A stretch of 32,660 bases of DNA from a virus (taxonomy: Duplodnaviria > Heunggongvirae > Uroviricota > Caudoviricetes), in the IMG/VR virus record IMGVR_UViG_2648501400_000018. One strand, 5' to 3'. Position numbers and translations under genes: made by a program. Below, piece after piece: positions 8,449 through 17,850 of the stretch (the stretch's first letter is position 1; each line of letters starts with the position of its first letter). The notes under the pieces are model-generated. The model ran no database searches. It had not been told where the DNA came from and was given only the letters and a program-made list of their open reading frames with translations.

Positions 8449-9480
8449 ATGCCAGCAAATGAACCTGCAAATGCAATCGTTGTAAATCATGTGGTTATTC
8501 ACCTTTTAGATAAAGAGCCGCATGGGGTGACATCCTTACAGCTTAGCCCGGCAGAGAGTGGCGTCACCGCAGCATCACAACGCTTAATAGATGATATCTG
8601 TGGGAAATATGCAGGGCGAATGGGGAAAGGTTATGGCCATTTTGAAGATGACCCTGACAATTACCCGATGCAAACAATCGTATCAGACTATTTAGCTCAA
8701 GAGCATCCTGATGATTTTTACCGTAGCTCCTGTCGCATGATTCGTCATCTGGAATCTCGGATTCAAACAACACCACTCGCTACTGGTGGCTATGTTCTAT
8801 TCGCCCACATTACGATGAATCAACACGAGCATATTCTAGTTGCCATGTTAAGCCCCACGACGGGAACTGCGGTTAACGATGCCTTTGCTATCCAGGAAAG
8901 TGTCTACCTTGATATCGACAAGCTACGTGTGGCGGGGCGTATTGACATTACGTCCTGGCAATCAGGTGCCGAACGTTATATAAGTTTCCTGAAAGGGAGC
9001 AATGCTGTATCTGGTTACTTTAAGCAGTTCCTGGGCTGTAACGATGTTTTGATCGCCAAGCGTGAAACAGAGAAATTGCGGGATGCGTTGAAAGAGTTTG
9101 CGACTGAGCAAGGGCTTGACCCCGCACGTCGAGAGGCTTTTCTGCAAACGGCCCATGACCATTTGAAGCAACTGAGCAAAGATGGTGAGCCTGTAGATCT
9201 GACAACCTTTGTGAACGCAGTCTGGCCACAAGAACCAGAGCTGCTATCGACTAAGCTGGCCAACCAAGAACTGGAACTGTCGGATGGTTTTGTCCCAGAT
9301 GGACGCGTACTAAAAGGAATCATTTCCTTTAAAGGAAAGTCCAATCATTGGGAGCTAAAGTTTGATCGTGCTGGTCTTCAAGATGGTTCAATTGAGTATA
9401 ATCGTAATCAGGATGTAATCATTCTAAGGAATATTCCTGATAGCTTCAGAGAAGAGATACTGGATGAGGTTGAGGAGTGA
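8449..9480 (+). CDS. NdpA/YejK-like nucleoid-associated protein family homolog
   Basis: N-terminal VNHVVIHLL, central GRIDITSWQSGAERYISFLKG...FLG and C-terminal WELKFD...LRNIPDSFREEI match remembered motifs of E. coli YejK; start placed at internal ATG MPANEP by alignment. Confidence 0.6.
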   Translation: MPANEPANAIVVNHVVIHLLDKEPHGVTSLQLSPAESGVTAASQRLIDDICGKYAGRMGKGYGHFEDDPDNYPMQTIVSDYLAQEHPDDFYRSSCRMIRHLESRIQTTPLATGGYVLFAHITMNQHEHILVAMLSPTTGTAVNDAFAIQESVYLDIDKLRVAGRIDITSWQSGAERYISFLKGSNAVSGYFKQFLGCNDVLIAKRETEKLRDALKEFATEQGLDPARREAFLQTAHDHLKQLSKDGEPVDLTTFVNAVWPQEPELLSTKLANQELELSDGFVPDGRVLKGIISFKGKSNHWELKFDRAGLQDGSIEYNRNQDVIILRNIPDSFREEILDEVEE

Positions 9481-10685
9481 GTATCAGTTTTGAGCAACTG
9501 GTGGGATTGTACAGGCAGATTACTTTCGGTAACGATATGGCCGAAGGTACGCTGGTGCTTACCCCAGAATCCTGCGAGTTGCTCAACGCTTTGCTTGAGG
9601 ACACCGATACATATGGGATCTCTCTGGCACAAGGTGAAGTAGTGGCTGGCCAGCAGGTGTCGCTTTTTGTGAACGCACCAAAGACAAAGCTAGGTCTGCT
9701 ATGCCGTAATTTGGCGGCTTTGTTAAAGTCGCCAAAACACCAAAGCGAGGAACCTTCCCGCTACTACCTGATCGACAGCCAATTTTATAGTTCGGATGCG
9801 CCAACATCCGTAATTGAAAACTACCGCACTATCTTAACATTTCTGCGCCTGCTTAAAGAAAAGTCGGCATACTTTGATACCAGTGCATATGAATGCGTTT
9901 TTTTCCGTGCCGATGTATTTAAATTACCTATACGTTACAGTGCAGAAACCGTAGAAAATCTTGATAAAACGACACTCGATGAACTCATTCAGCAGTTTTC
10001 TGACGACACACACAAAGAGCAGAAACTCTCGCTTTTAATTGAAAGCATCCAGTTAATCGGCCAGGAAACGGAAAACAATAAAGTCTTTGAGTATGCACTG
10101 AAGAACATTGATAAATTAAAAGTTGAGTTCGATAAGGGTTATCGCCTCTTCACTTCTGGGTTCTCATACGAAAAGGTTCTGGATGAACTTAGAACCGCCA
10201 AAGTTGAAGAAATGGGACGTATCCATAAAGTCTTTTCAGATATCCAAAACCAGATACTGGGTATCCCAGTCGCAACCATTATCGTCGCGACACAAATCAA
10301 GAAAGCAAGTGGTGATGTCTATCAAACCATTATCAATAGAGCAGTTTTTTTAGGGGCCTTTGTTTTTGCTACGTTGGTTATGTTGACTTTGTTCAACCAG
10401 TTACAGACGTTAACTGCTATCAAAGAAGAACTTCGACATAAAAAGACTCAGGTTGATAAAAAATATGCATCAATAAAAAATGACATTGATAGTATCTTTT
10501 GCTCTGTACGTAAACGTCTTTGCCGTCAGGTTATTGCGTTCTGGTTTATTATTATGTTCCTTGTTGTCGCTATTATATCGACAGGATTAATTTACCTATA
10601 CTGCACATACCCTGAAACATGGAATATCTTGGTTACAAAAGTGATGTCATGGCGGCATCACTTGAGCAATAAGCCCACTCCTTAA
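9477..10685 (+). CDS. Membrane protein with two C-terminal transmembrane helices, translationally coupled to the NdpA-like gene
   Basis: GTG start overlaps the upstream stop (GTGA); about 270 aa soluble N-domain then AVFLGAFVFATLVMLTLF and VIAFWFIIMFLVVAIISTGLIYLY. Confidence 0.5.
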   Translation: MSISFEQLVGLYRQITFGNDMAEGTLVLTPESCELLNALLEDTDTYGISLAQGEVVAGQQVSLFVNAPKTKLGLLCRNLAALLKSPKHQSEEPSRYYLIDSQFYSSDAPTSVIENYRTILTFLRLLKEKSAYFDTSAYECVFFRADVFKLPIRYSAETVENLDKTTLDELIQQFSDDTHKEQKLSLLIESIQLIGQETENNKVFEYALKNIDKLKVEFDKGYRLFTSGFSYEKVLDELRTAKVEEMGRIHKVFSDIQNQILGIPVATIIVATQIKKASGDVYQTIINRAVFLGAFVFATLVMLTLFNQLQTLTAIKEELRHKKTQVDKKYASIKNDIDSIFCSVRKRLCRQVIAFWFIIMFLVVAIISTGLIYLYCTYPETWNILVTKVMSWRHHLSNKPTP

Positions 10686-10750
10686 ACCCCTTTAAAAGCC
10701 TTCCTGCCAGCCATCCCCCACACTGCCTTCATCACCCAATGGAGGCACTT

Positions 10751-11038
10751 ATGAAAAATCTTTTCCCGCGTTTATCCGGCTGGCTGTTTGCCGCAGTTGT
10801 TTTGTTTGTACAAATAGTCGCGATCTCTCCGCAACAGGTTCCGGTGGTGGGTTACAAATTAAGCCTGATCTCACTGGCGGCGGTGCTGGGCTACTGGCTT
10901 GATCGCAGCCTGTTTCCCTATGCGCGACCTAATCATTTTTATCTGACGGAAGGTGAGCAACTATTGTTTGCTGCGTCCATGCTGCGCCGAGCCGTGATTG
11001 TCGCTGCTGTGTGCCTGGCCGTAGCGATGGGGATGTGA
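10751..11038 (+). CDS. Putative holin (three hydrophobic segments)
   Basis: Start placed at ATG preceded by GGAGG; hydrophobic stretches WLFAAVVLFVQIVAI, LSLISLAAVLGYWL, AVIVAAVCLAVAMGM; immediately upstream of the endolysin. Confidence 0.4.
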   Translation: MKNLFPRLSGWLFAAVVLFVQIVAISPQQVPVVGYKLSLISLAAVLGYWLDRSLFPYARPNHFYLTEGEQLLFAASMLRRAVIVAAVCLAVAMGM

Positions 11039-11040
11039 CT

Positions 11041-11757
11041 ATGGGCTGGCCACAAATTACCTGGATTGTGTTGGTCTCGCTGTCGTTAGGGATAGAGATG
11101 ATGATGCACAGCAGGACGCGTAAGCACAATTTCTGGGGACACTTAGCCAGTGTATTAGTAGTCGCTGGTTTGCTCTGGTGCGGCGGCTTTTTCAGCCAGG
11201 CGCACGCCGCCGAACCGCCCACCGCCGCGAAACCTTACCGCGCCGAATTGGTGCGTAATGCCCGCGCGGTATGGGGGATGGATGCGCCTGTCGCCGATTT
11301 CGCCGGGCAGTTCCAGCAGGAATCCGGCTGGAATCCCGCCGCCCGTTCACCCGTTGGTGCGCAGGGGATGGCGCAGTTTATGCCCTCCACTGCCGACTGG
11401 ATCAGCAAACAATTCCCGGAACTACGTTCCCGCGAGCCGTTCAATCCGTCGTGGGCCATCCGCGCGCTGATGCAGTACGACCAGTGGCTGTGGCAGCGCG
11501 TGAGTGGGCGCGATAACTGCCAGCGGATGGCGTTCACCTTAAGCGCCTATAACGGCGGCTTAGGCTGGGTGAACCGCGATAAAAAACTGGCGACGCAGCG
11601 CGGATTAAATGCTGCCGTCTGGTTCGATGCGGTGGCGACGGTCAACGCCGGGCGCAGCGCCGCCAACTGGCGCGAAAACCGGGGTTATCCGCAACGCATC
11701 CTGTACCAGAACGCGCCGCGCTATCTGTCATGGGGAGGGGCTAACTGTGTTCGATAA
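11041..11757 (+). CDS. Lytic transglycosylase-type endolysin (SLT domain) with N-terminal signal or SAR-like segment
   Basis: SLT-like motifs QESGWNPAA and GAQGMAQFMPSTADW; N-terminal hydrophobic stretch LASVLVVAGLLWCGGFFSQAHA; ATG 3 nt after the holin stop. Confidence 0.7.
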   Translation: MGWPQITWIVLVSLSLGIEMMMHSRTRKHNFWGHLASVLVVAGLLWCGGFFSQAHAAEPPTAAKPYRAELVRNARAVWGMDAPVADFAGQFQQESGWNPAARSPVGAQGMAQFMPSTADWISKQFPELRSREPFNPSWAIRALMQYDQWLWQRVSGRDNCQRMAFTLSAYNGGLGWVNRDKKLATQRGLNAAVWFDAVATVNAGRSAANWRENRGYPQRILYQNAPRYLSWGGANCVR

Positions 11758-12340
11758 ACTCAAAACGGCGGGGTTAGCCGTCACGCTGATACTGCTATTC
11801 GTCGTGTTTGGCGGGTATTTCGCGTGGCTGCAAGGCCACAAACACGGCTACGAGAAGGCGCAGACTGAATGCCTGCGCCTGCAAAAACAGCAGGCCAAGG
11901 CCGGGCAACGGGCGTTGCAGGAGGAAATAAACCGCAGCCAGCAGCAGTTGATTCACATCCGGGAAAGCGAGCAGACCTATCTCACCCGGACAGAGGAACT
12001 CACTGCACGCAACGCCGAACTACAGAGGAAAATTAACGATGTTACGCAGCATTACGTTGACGAAAAAGGCAAGGCTCATCCTTTGGCCTGCGTGTTTACT
12101 CGCGGCTTCGTGCAGCAGTACAACGCCTCCCTCGGCGTGTCCGCCCCGGATGCTGCCGCCGCTACCCGCGACGCTGGCGCAGCCGCCGCAGCCGTTCAGG
12201 GCGCTGACGCCCGGTTACGCGCCTCCGGCGTCAGCCAGCGCGACATCCTCGCCAATCTCGCCGACAACGGCCAGCGCTGCCAGCAGTTAGCGCTCCAGGT
12301 GCGCGGCTTGCAGAACTATATCGCGGAGGTGTCGCGATGA
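11747..12340 (+). CDS. Rz-like inner-membrane spanin
   Basis: Start at in-frame GTG (VFDKLKTAGLAVTLILLFVVFGGYFAWL: N-terminal TM) followed by a Q/R/E-rich coiled-coil region; directly follows the endolysin. Confidence 0.55.
   Translation: MFDKLKTAGLAVTLILLFVVFGGYFAWLQGHKHGYEKAQTECLRLQKQQAKAGQRALQEEINRSQQQLIHIRESEQTYLTRTEELTARNAELQRKINDVTQHYVDEKGKAHPLACVFTRGFVQQYNASLGVSAPDAAAATRDAGAAAAAVQGADARLRASGVSQRDILANLADNGQRCQQLALQVRGLQNYIAEVSR
12039..12290 (+). CDS. Rz1-like outer-membrane lipoprotein spanin embedded in the +1 frame of the Rz-like gene
   Basis: 83 aa ORF wholly inside the Rz-like gene; signal peptide ending LLAASC then a proline-rich mature region, the classic embedded Rz1 architecture. 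Confidence 0.5.
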   Translation: MLRSITLTKKARLILWPACLLAASCSSTTPPSACPPRMLPPLPATLAQPPQPFRALTPGYAPPASASATSSPISPTTASAASS

Positions 12341-12651
12341 TGTTGCAGATTGACTTCTGGGAGGTGATCTCGATGGCGCTGTCGTTTTTGGGCGTGCTGG
12401 TCGCCGCGGGGAAGATGCTGCTGACCCAGATTGAGAAGCGCCTCAACGAACGCTTTGAGTCGCTGGAAGCGGCACGTAAGGAGTCGGAATCCGGCTGGTC
12501 ACGGCTGGAGCGCGAGTTCCTGGAGTTCCGCGCCGACATGCCGCTGAACTATGTGCGGCGCGAGGATTATATCCGGGGACAAACGGTTATCGAGGCCAAG
12601 CTGGACGCGCTGTATAACAAAATCGAACTGTCGCAAGGGGGTGGTAAATGA
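12337..12651 (+). CDS. Hypothetical membrane-anchored coiled-coil protein
   Basis: 104 aa ORF; N-terminal hydrophobic segment ISMALSFLGVLVAAG then charged helical region; ATGA overlap with upstream gene. Confidence 0.4.
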   Translation: MMLQIDFWEVISMALSFLGVLVAAGKMLLTQIEKRLNERFESLEAARKESESGWSRLEREFLEFRADMPLNYVRREDYIRGQTVIEAKLDALYNKIELSQGGGK

Positions 12652-12954
12652 TGGACAAAGTACGCCGTGAGTCGATGCGCTGGAATCTGATGCTGGCGCT
12701 GAACAAGGCGCGGCCCTATACCAGCAATGAGCGATTTTTGCTGGCGGTGATGCAGGCGATTTACCCGGACGCCACCGGCGCTGGAGTTGCGGCGTGAGCT
12801 GGACTATCTGGCTGACCGCCGGATGGTGGATCTGGTGAAGGAACCCTCCGGCACCTGGTTCGGTGATTTGACCCGTCTCGGCGTTGATGTGGTCGAGTAC
12901 ACCGTGGACTGCGGCCCCGGCATCGCCCGCCCGCAAAAGTACTGGAGTGAATGA
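12648..12954 (+). pseudogene. Small late gene apparently split by a +1 frame change near 12775-12797
   Basis: ATG at 12648/12651 opens a 49-codon frame ending TGA at 12795-12797; the next frame is open from 12751 to a TGA at 12952-12954, and together they fill the gap to the gp27-like gene. Confidence 0.35.
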
Positions 12955-12955
12955 T

Positions 12956-13501
12956 ATGGCCCGCCGCAGCACCATCGACAAACTGCCCGAAGAGGTCAGG
13001 CGCTGGCTGGAACGGGCGCTGACCAACAGTGGCTTCAGCGGTTATGCCGAACTGGAGGAACTGATGCGTGATAAGGGCTACCTCATCAGCCGCAGCGCCA
13101 TTCACCGTTACGGCCAGAAGATTGAACGCCGATTTACCGCTATTCGCGCGGCCACCGAAGCCGCGCGGATGCTGACCGAGGGTGCCGCTGACGATCAGGA
13201 TGCCCGTTCGGAGGCGGTGATTGCGCTGATCCAGACTGAACTGTTTGAGTCTATCGTCCAGTTGCAGGAAGCCGAAGATGGCAAGATTGACCCGCAGGAG
13301 CGTGTGGCACTGCTGTCGAAGGTGGCGAAGAACGTTGCCACGCTGTCACGCGCCAGCGTCAACCTGAAGAAGTTTCAGCAGGAAGTCCGGGCGAAAGCGG
13401 AAGCTGCCGCCAGCAACGCTGAGAAGATCGCCCGTAAAGGTGGTCTGTCTGCGGAGTCCGTGCAGGCGCTACGCCGCGAGATTCTGGGGATCGCCTCATG
13501 A
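12956..13501 (+). CDS. Mu gp27-like protein (putative small terminase / DNA-binding packaging protein)
   Basis: Internal ATG gives MARRSTIDKLPEEVRRWLERALTNSGFSGYAELEELMRDKGYLISRSAIHRYG, matching the remembered N-terminal pattern of Mu gp27; directly upstream of the large terminase. Confidence 0.6.
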   Translation: MARRSTIDKLPEEVRRWLERALTNSGFSGYAELEELMRDKGYLISRSAIHRYGQKIERRFTAIRAATEAARMLTEGAADDQDARSEAVIALIQTELFESIVQLQEAEDGKIDPQERVALLSKVAKNVATLSRASVNLKKFQQEVRAKAEAAASNAEKIARKGGLSAESVQALRREILGIAS

Positions 13502-15024
13502 CCGGGTTAGCGCCAGTTCTCCAGGATACCTCCGGGCTTGATGCGCCGGTGGCGCTGATGCCCTACCAGCAACGCTGGGTGGCGGATGACTCCCCGCTGA
13601 AGGTCATCGAGAAAAGCCGACGCACCGGCATCACCTGGGCAGAGGCGTCTGATAACGTCCTGACCGCCGCCTCATCCGCCGCCGCTGGTGGTATGAACGT
13701 CTATTACATCGCCTACAACCAGGATATGACCATTGAATATATTCAGGCGTGTGCAATGTGGGCGCGGGTGTTCAACTATGCAGCCAGCGAGATAGAGGAA
13801 GGATTCTGGGACGATGAAGATGATGAGAAGCACATCAAGACGTACACTATTCGGTTCCCGGAATCTGGCTTTCGTGTGGTGGCATTATCCAGCCGCCCGT
13901 CTAACCTGCGTGGCCGTCAGGGGATCATCGTTGTGGATGAAGCCGCATTCCATGAGCAGTTACGCGAGCTGCTGAAAGCGGCGCTGGCGATGCTGATCTG
14001 GGGCGGCAAGGTGCGGGTGATCTCCACGCATGATGGCGACGATAACCCCTTTAACGAACTGATTAACGATATCCGCGCCGGGCGTCGGGCGGGCAGTATT
14101 CATCGGATAACGTTTCGTGAAGCCATCGCTGAAGGATTGTATCGCCGTGTCTGCCTGCGCACCGGGCGTGAATGGACACCGGAAGGTGAAAGCGACTGGA
14201 TGGCATCGGTGTACCGCTTCTACGGCGACGGGGCCAGCGAGGAACTGGACTGCGTGCCTGCACATTCCGGCGGCGCATGGTTATCCCGCGCGTTGATTGA
14301 GTCGCGCATGTCACCGGACACGCCGGTACTGCGTTTTACCTGTCCGCCCGGTTACGAGCTGAAACCTGACCATATCCGTGAATCAGAAACAAATGACTGG
14401 CTGACGACCCATCTGCTGCCATTGCTGGAGGCTCTGCCTGCAGAGGCTACCTCTTATGTTGGTCGTGACTTTGGTCGTAGTGGTGATTTATCTATCGACG
14501 TGCCGCTGATCCAGTTGAAGAACCTTGTGCGCCGGGTGCCGTTTATTCTGGAGCTGCGGAACGTACCTTTTAAACAGCAAGAGCAAATCACCTGGTATCT
14601 GCTGGACAGACTGCCCCGTCTGATGGGGGCCGCCTTTGATGCGCGTGGCAACGGTGCGTATCTGGCGGAGTACGCTATGCAACGGTATGGAGCAAGTCGG
14701 GTGCAGCAGGTGATGTTAAGCGAAGGCTGGTATCGGGATCATATGCCGCCGGTTAAAGCGGAGCTGGAAGATGGCACGCTGGATGCATTGCCCAGAGATG
14801 AAGATACGCTCAACGATCTGCGGGCTGTTCAGGTGATTAACGGCGTGCCGCGCATCCCCGATACCCGCAGCAAAGCTAAAGCCGACGGTGGTCAGCGTCA
14901 CGGTGAAGCAGCGATAGGAACGGCACTGGCATATTACGCCAGCCGCGAACTGAATAAAGGCCCGGTGACGGTGAACTCCCGCCGCCGTCGCCAGTCCGCC
15001 CGATTACTGGAGAACTATAACTGA
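13498..15024 (+). CDS. Terminase large subunit (Mu gp28-like)
   Basis: 508 aa ORF; position between gp27-like and portal genes; ATPase-like N-terminal and acidic nuclease-like C-terminal regions; ATGA overlap with the upstream gene. Confidence 0.7.
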   Translation: MTGLAPVLQDTSGLDAPVALMPYQQRWVADDSPLKVIEKSRRTGITWAEASDNVLTAASSAAAGGMNVYYIAYNQDMTIEYIQACAMWARVFNYAASEIEEGFWDDEDDEKHIKTYTIRFPESGFRVVALSSRPSNLRGRQGIIVVDEAAFHEQLRELLKAALAMLIWGGKVRVISTHDGDDNPFNELINDIRAGRRAGSIHRITFREAIAEGLYRRVCLRTGREWTPEGESDWMASVYRFYGDGASEELDCVPAHSGGAWLSRALIESRMSPDTPVLRFTCPPGYELKPDHIRESETNDWLTTHLLPLLEALPAEATSYVGRDFGRSGDLSIDVPLIQLKNLVRRVPFILELRNVPFKQQEQITWYLLDRLPRLMGAAFDARGNGAYLAEYAMQRYGASRVQQVMLSEGWYRDHMPPVKAELEDGTLDALPRDEDTLNDLRAVQVINGVPRIPDTRSKAKADGGQRHGEAAIGTALAYYASRELNKGPVTVNSRRRRQSARLLENYN

Positions 15025-16499
15025 TGCCACGCGGAATTTACGTTACCCCTACCGAGTTTGTTTCATTCAGCGAGCCGACCAAAAATCTGTCAGAGCAAAT
15101 CGCCGTTCGTTCGCGCTCCATTGATTTCTACGGGCTGGGAATGTACCTGCCCAATCCCGATCCCATTCTTAAAGCGCAGGGGCGCGATATCAAAATCTAC
15201 CGCGAACTGCGTAGCGATCCCTTAGTTGGCGGCTGTATTCGTCGACGCAAGGCAGCGGTCAAGGCGCTGGAGAACGGCGTCGAACGTGGCAATGCCACGG
15301 CGCGGGTGTTTCGCTTTGTGCGTGATCTGTTTGATGATTTGGATATTTCACGCATTACGGGCGAGATGACCGACTCTGTTCTCTACGGCTATCAGCCATG
15401 TGAACTGATGTGGACACGCGGCGGTAAATCCTGGGCGGTGTCTGATGTGGTGGGTAAGCCTCCGGAGTGGTTCCAGTTCGATATGGAAAACCGCCTGCGC
15501 TTTCGTGCTCGCAATGCCGGGCTGGAGGGCGAGCTGACGCCGCCGTATAAGTTCCTGTTGCCGCGTCAGGATGCGACCTACGATAACCCGTATGGCTTCC
15601 CTGATTTGTCGATGTGCTTCTGGCCCGTCACCTTCAAAAAAGGCGGCATGAAGTTCTGGGTGCGCTTTGCCGAGAAGTACGGCTCGCCGTGGGTTGTTGG
15701 CAAGCATCCGCGCGGTACGTCGCAGGGCGAGATTAACCAGTTACTGGATTCGCTGGAGGCGATGATTGAGGACGCCGTGGCCGCTATCCCGGACGATTCT
15801 TCTGTAGACATCAAAGAGGCGGCAGGTAAAGCCGACAGCAGCGATATCTACCAGAACCTGATCACCCTGTCGCGCGGTGAGATTTCTATTGCGCTGCTGG
15901 GGCAGAATCAGACCACTGAAGCCAGCGCCAACAAAGCCTCGGCGCAGGCCGGGCTGGAGGTGACTGATGATATCCGTGACGGTGATGCATCCATTGTAAC
16001 CAGCGCGTTTAACCAGCTTATCCGCTGGATTGTGGAACTGAACTTCGGTGCGGTGGACTGCCCTGTGTTCCGTATGTGGGAGCAGAAAACGGTTGATGAG
16101 GTGCAGGCCGGACGCGACCAGAAACTGTCGCAGTCAGGCGTCAAGTTCACCCCGCAATACTGGAAGCGCGAGTATCAGTTACAGGATGGCGATATCGACG
16201 AAACCCCGGCACCTGCATCGTTGGCGTTCGCTGAGGCGGTAGCCGCAGACGTGGCTGCGCAGGAGCTGCTGGACGCGGCGCTGGATGAACTGATGACCAG
16301 CGGCAAGCTGGACGATACGCTGACGCCGGTGCTGGCTCCCTTGTTTGCGCGGGTACAAAACGGCGTCGCGCCAGCGGTGTTGATGGGCGAACTGGCGGAG
16401 CTGTACCCGCAGATGAACACCGACGACCTTACAGAACGGCTGGCGCGTGTGTTGTTTGTGGCGAATATCTGGGGGCGGCTCAATGAGCGTCACGAGTAG
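15024..16499 (+). CDS. Portal protein (Mu gp29-like)
   Basis: 491 aa ORF following the large terminase; size and synteny typical of Mu-like portal proteins. Confidence 0.7.
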   Translation: MPRGIYVTPTEFVSFSEPTKNLSEQIAVRSRSIDFYGLGMYLPNPDPILKAQGRDIKIYRELRSDPLVGGCIRRRKAAVKALENGVERGNATARVFRFVRDLFDDLDISRITGEMTDSVLYGYQPCELMWTRGGKSWAVSDVVGKPPEWFQFDMENRLRFRARNAGLEGELTPPYKFLLPRQDATYDNPYGFPDLSMCFWPVTFKKGGMKFWVRFAEKYGSPWVVGKHPRGTSQGEINQLLDSLEAMIEDAVAAIPDDSSVDIKEAAGKADSSDIYQNLITLSRGEISIALLGQNQTTEASANKASAQAGLEVTDDIRDGDASIVTSAFNQLIRWIVELNFGAVDCPVFRMWEQKTVDEVQAGRDQKLSQSGVKFTPQYWKREYQLQDGDIDETPAPASLAFAEAVAADVAAQELLDAALDELMTSGKLDDTLTPVLAPLFARVQNGVAPAVLMGELAELYPQMNTDDLTERLARVLFVANIWGRLNERHE

Positions 16500-17304
16500 T
16501 GAGTTAGCCTATTGCCTGAGTCTGCCGCCAAAGCGGGCCATCGGCTATCTGGAGTCCAAAGGCTATACCCTGTCGTGGGACTGGGAGGAGGTCTGGCAGG
16601 AAGCTCACGCCCACGCTTTTACCGTCGCGAAGGTGACAAAGCTGGATATACTGGAAGATATCCGCCGCGCGCTGGAGCGGTCACTGGCGGAGGGCAAAAC
16701 CGGCGCGTGGTTTCGTAAGGAACTGGAGCCGGTGTTGAAAGAGAAAGGCTGGTGAGGCGAGAAAGAAATCACCGACCCGGACACCGGGGAAGTGACCATC
16801 ATCCAGCAAGGCAGTTCCTGGCGACTTGATACCATCTACCGCACCAATATGACGGTGGTTTACAGTGCCGGGCGCTGGGCCGAGCAGATGGAAAACGTCG
16901 ACGATCGTCCATATGGGATGTACTGTGCCATTTGCGACAACCGCACCCGTCAACCCCACCTCCTGCTGCATCAGATGGTCATGCGTCTTGATGATCCATT
17001 CTGGCAGTCATTCTACCCGCCTAACGGCTGGGGGTGCCGCTGTACAGTGATAGCAATGACTGAGGCGGATGTCCGCCGCCGCAGGCTGAAAATCACGGCC
17101 TCCGGCGATGCGCTGGGGGAAACGATGAAACTGATATCGATGCAAACCGGAGAATTGCAACCGGTGGCCACCTTTACTATTGGCAATACGATTATCACCC
17201 CAGATGCGGGCTGGTCATACGCGCCGGGCGCGGCGTACCGCCCGGACTTAGCCAAATACCAGGGCGTGCTCGCGCCGCTGGCGCAACAGGAGCTGGCACC
17301 ATGA
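16483..17304 (+). pseudogene. Head morphogenesis protein F-like (Mu gp30 / SPP1 gp7 family) interrupted by an in-frame TGA at 16753-16755
   Basis: ORFs 16447-16755 and 16792-17304 are in the same frame, separated by one TGA (…KEKGW*GEKEITDPDTGE…) with 12 open codons between; the downstream part carries the Phage_Mu_F-like motif DNRTRQPH...DDPFW...PPNGWGCRCT. Confidence 0.5.
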
Positions 17305-17837
17305 TGGAGATTAAGCTGGAGGATAATGCGTTACAGCACGCGCTGAAGAGCCTGGAGATCGGCTGCAAAGATTTAACCCCGGCGATGCACAAGATTGCCG
17401 GATCGTTACAGACGGAAACGGCAGAAACCTTCGAGGCTGAAGGTCGCCCAGCATGGGTGCCATCGCTTGCGGCGAAGAAACGCGGTGGCCCGACGCTGCG
17501 CGATACCGGTGCGCTGGCACGTTCGGTGACCACAGAGTACGACGCGCAGCACGCGGTAGTGGGATCTAATCTGGCTTATGCCGCCATTCACCAGCTCGGC
17601 GGCGAGGTGAAGCGCAAGGATCGGAAGGTGTACTTTAAGAAGGACGAAAATGGCCGCGTTGGTCGGTTTGTGAAAAAGAAAGACAGCGACACCGAGCGAA
17701 CCGCTGCCGACCATACCGCCACCTATCCGGCACGTCCGTTTTTGCCTGTGGATAGCGACGGCAACCTGACCACCCGCGCAAAACGGGTGGTGCTGGCGAC
17801 GATTCTGCGCCATCTTGAATCAGCGGCCCGTAGATAA
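17301..17837 (+). CDS. Virion morphogenesis protein (Mu G-like)
   Basis: 178 aa ORF; ATGA overlap with the F-like gene; motif RDTGALARSV...VGSNLAYAAIHQLGG typical of the phage virion-morphogenesis family. Confidence 0.6.
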   Translation: MMEIKLEDNALQHALKSLEIGCKDLTPAMHKIAGSLQTETAETFEAEGRPAWVPSLAAKKRGGPTLRDTGALARSVTTEYDAQHAVVGSNLAYAAIHQLGGEVKRKDRKVYFKKDENGRVGRFVKKKDSDTERTAADHTATYPARPFLPVDSDGNLTTRAKRVVLATILRHLESAARR

Positions 17838-17850
17838 GCCGTTTCTCCGC

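Noticed and set aside
12499-13105. Two long minus-strand ORFs (175 and 114 aa) across the gp27-like region
   Set aside because: Antisense to the packaging genes, Arg/Pro/Ala-rich; consistent with GC-rich shadow frames.
16753-16755. In-frame TGA in the F-like gene as a selenocysteine codon
   Set aside because: No evident downstream stem-loop of the SECIS type and no biological rationale for a phage head protein; a nonsense mutation or leaky stop is more parsimonious.
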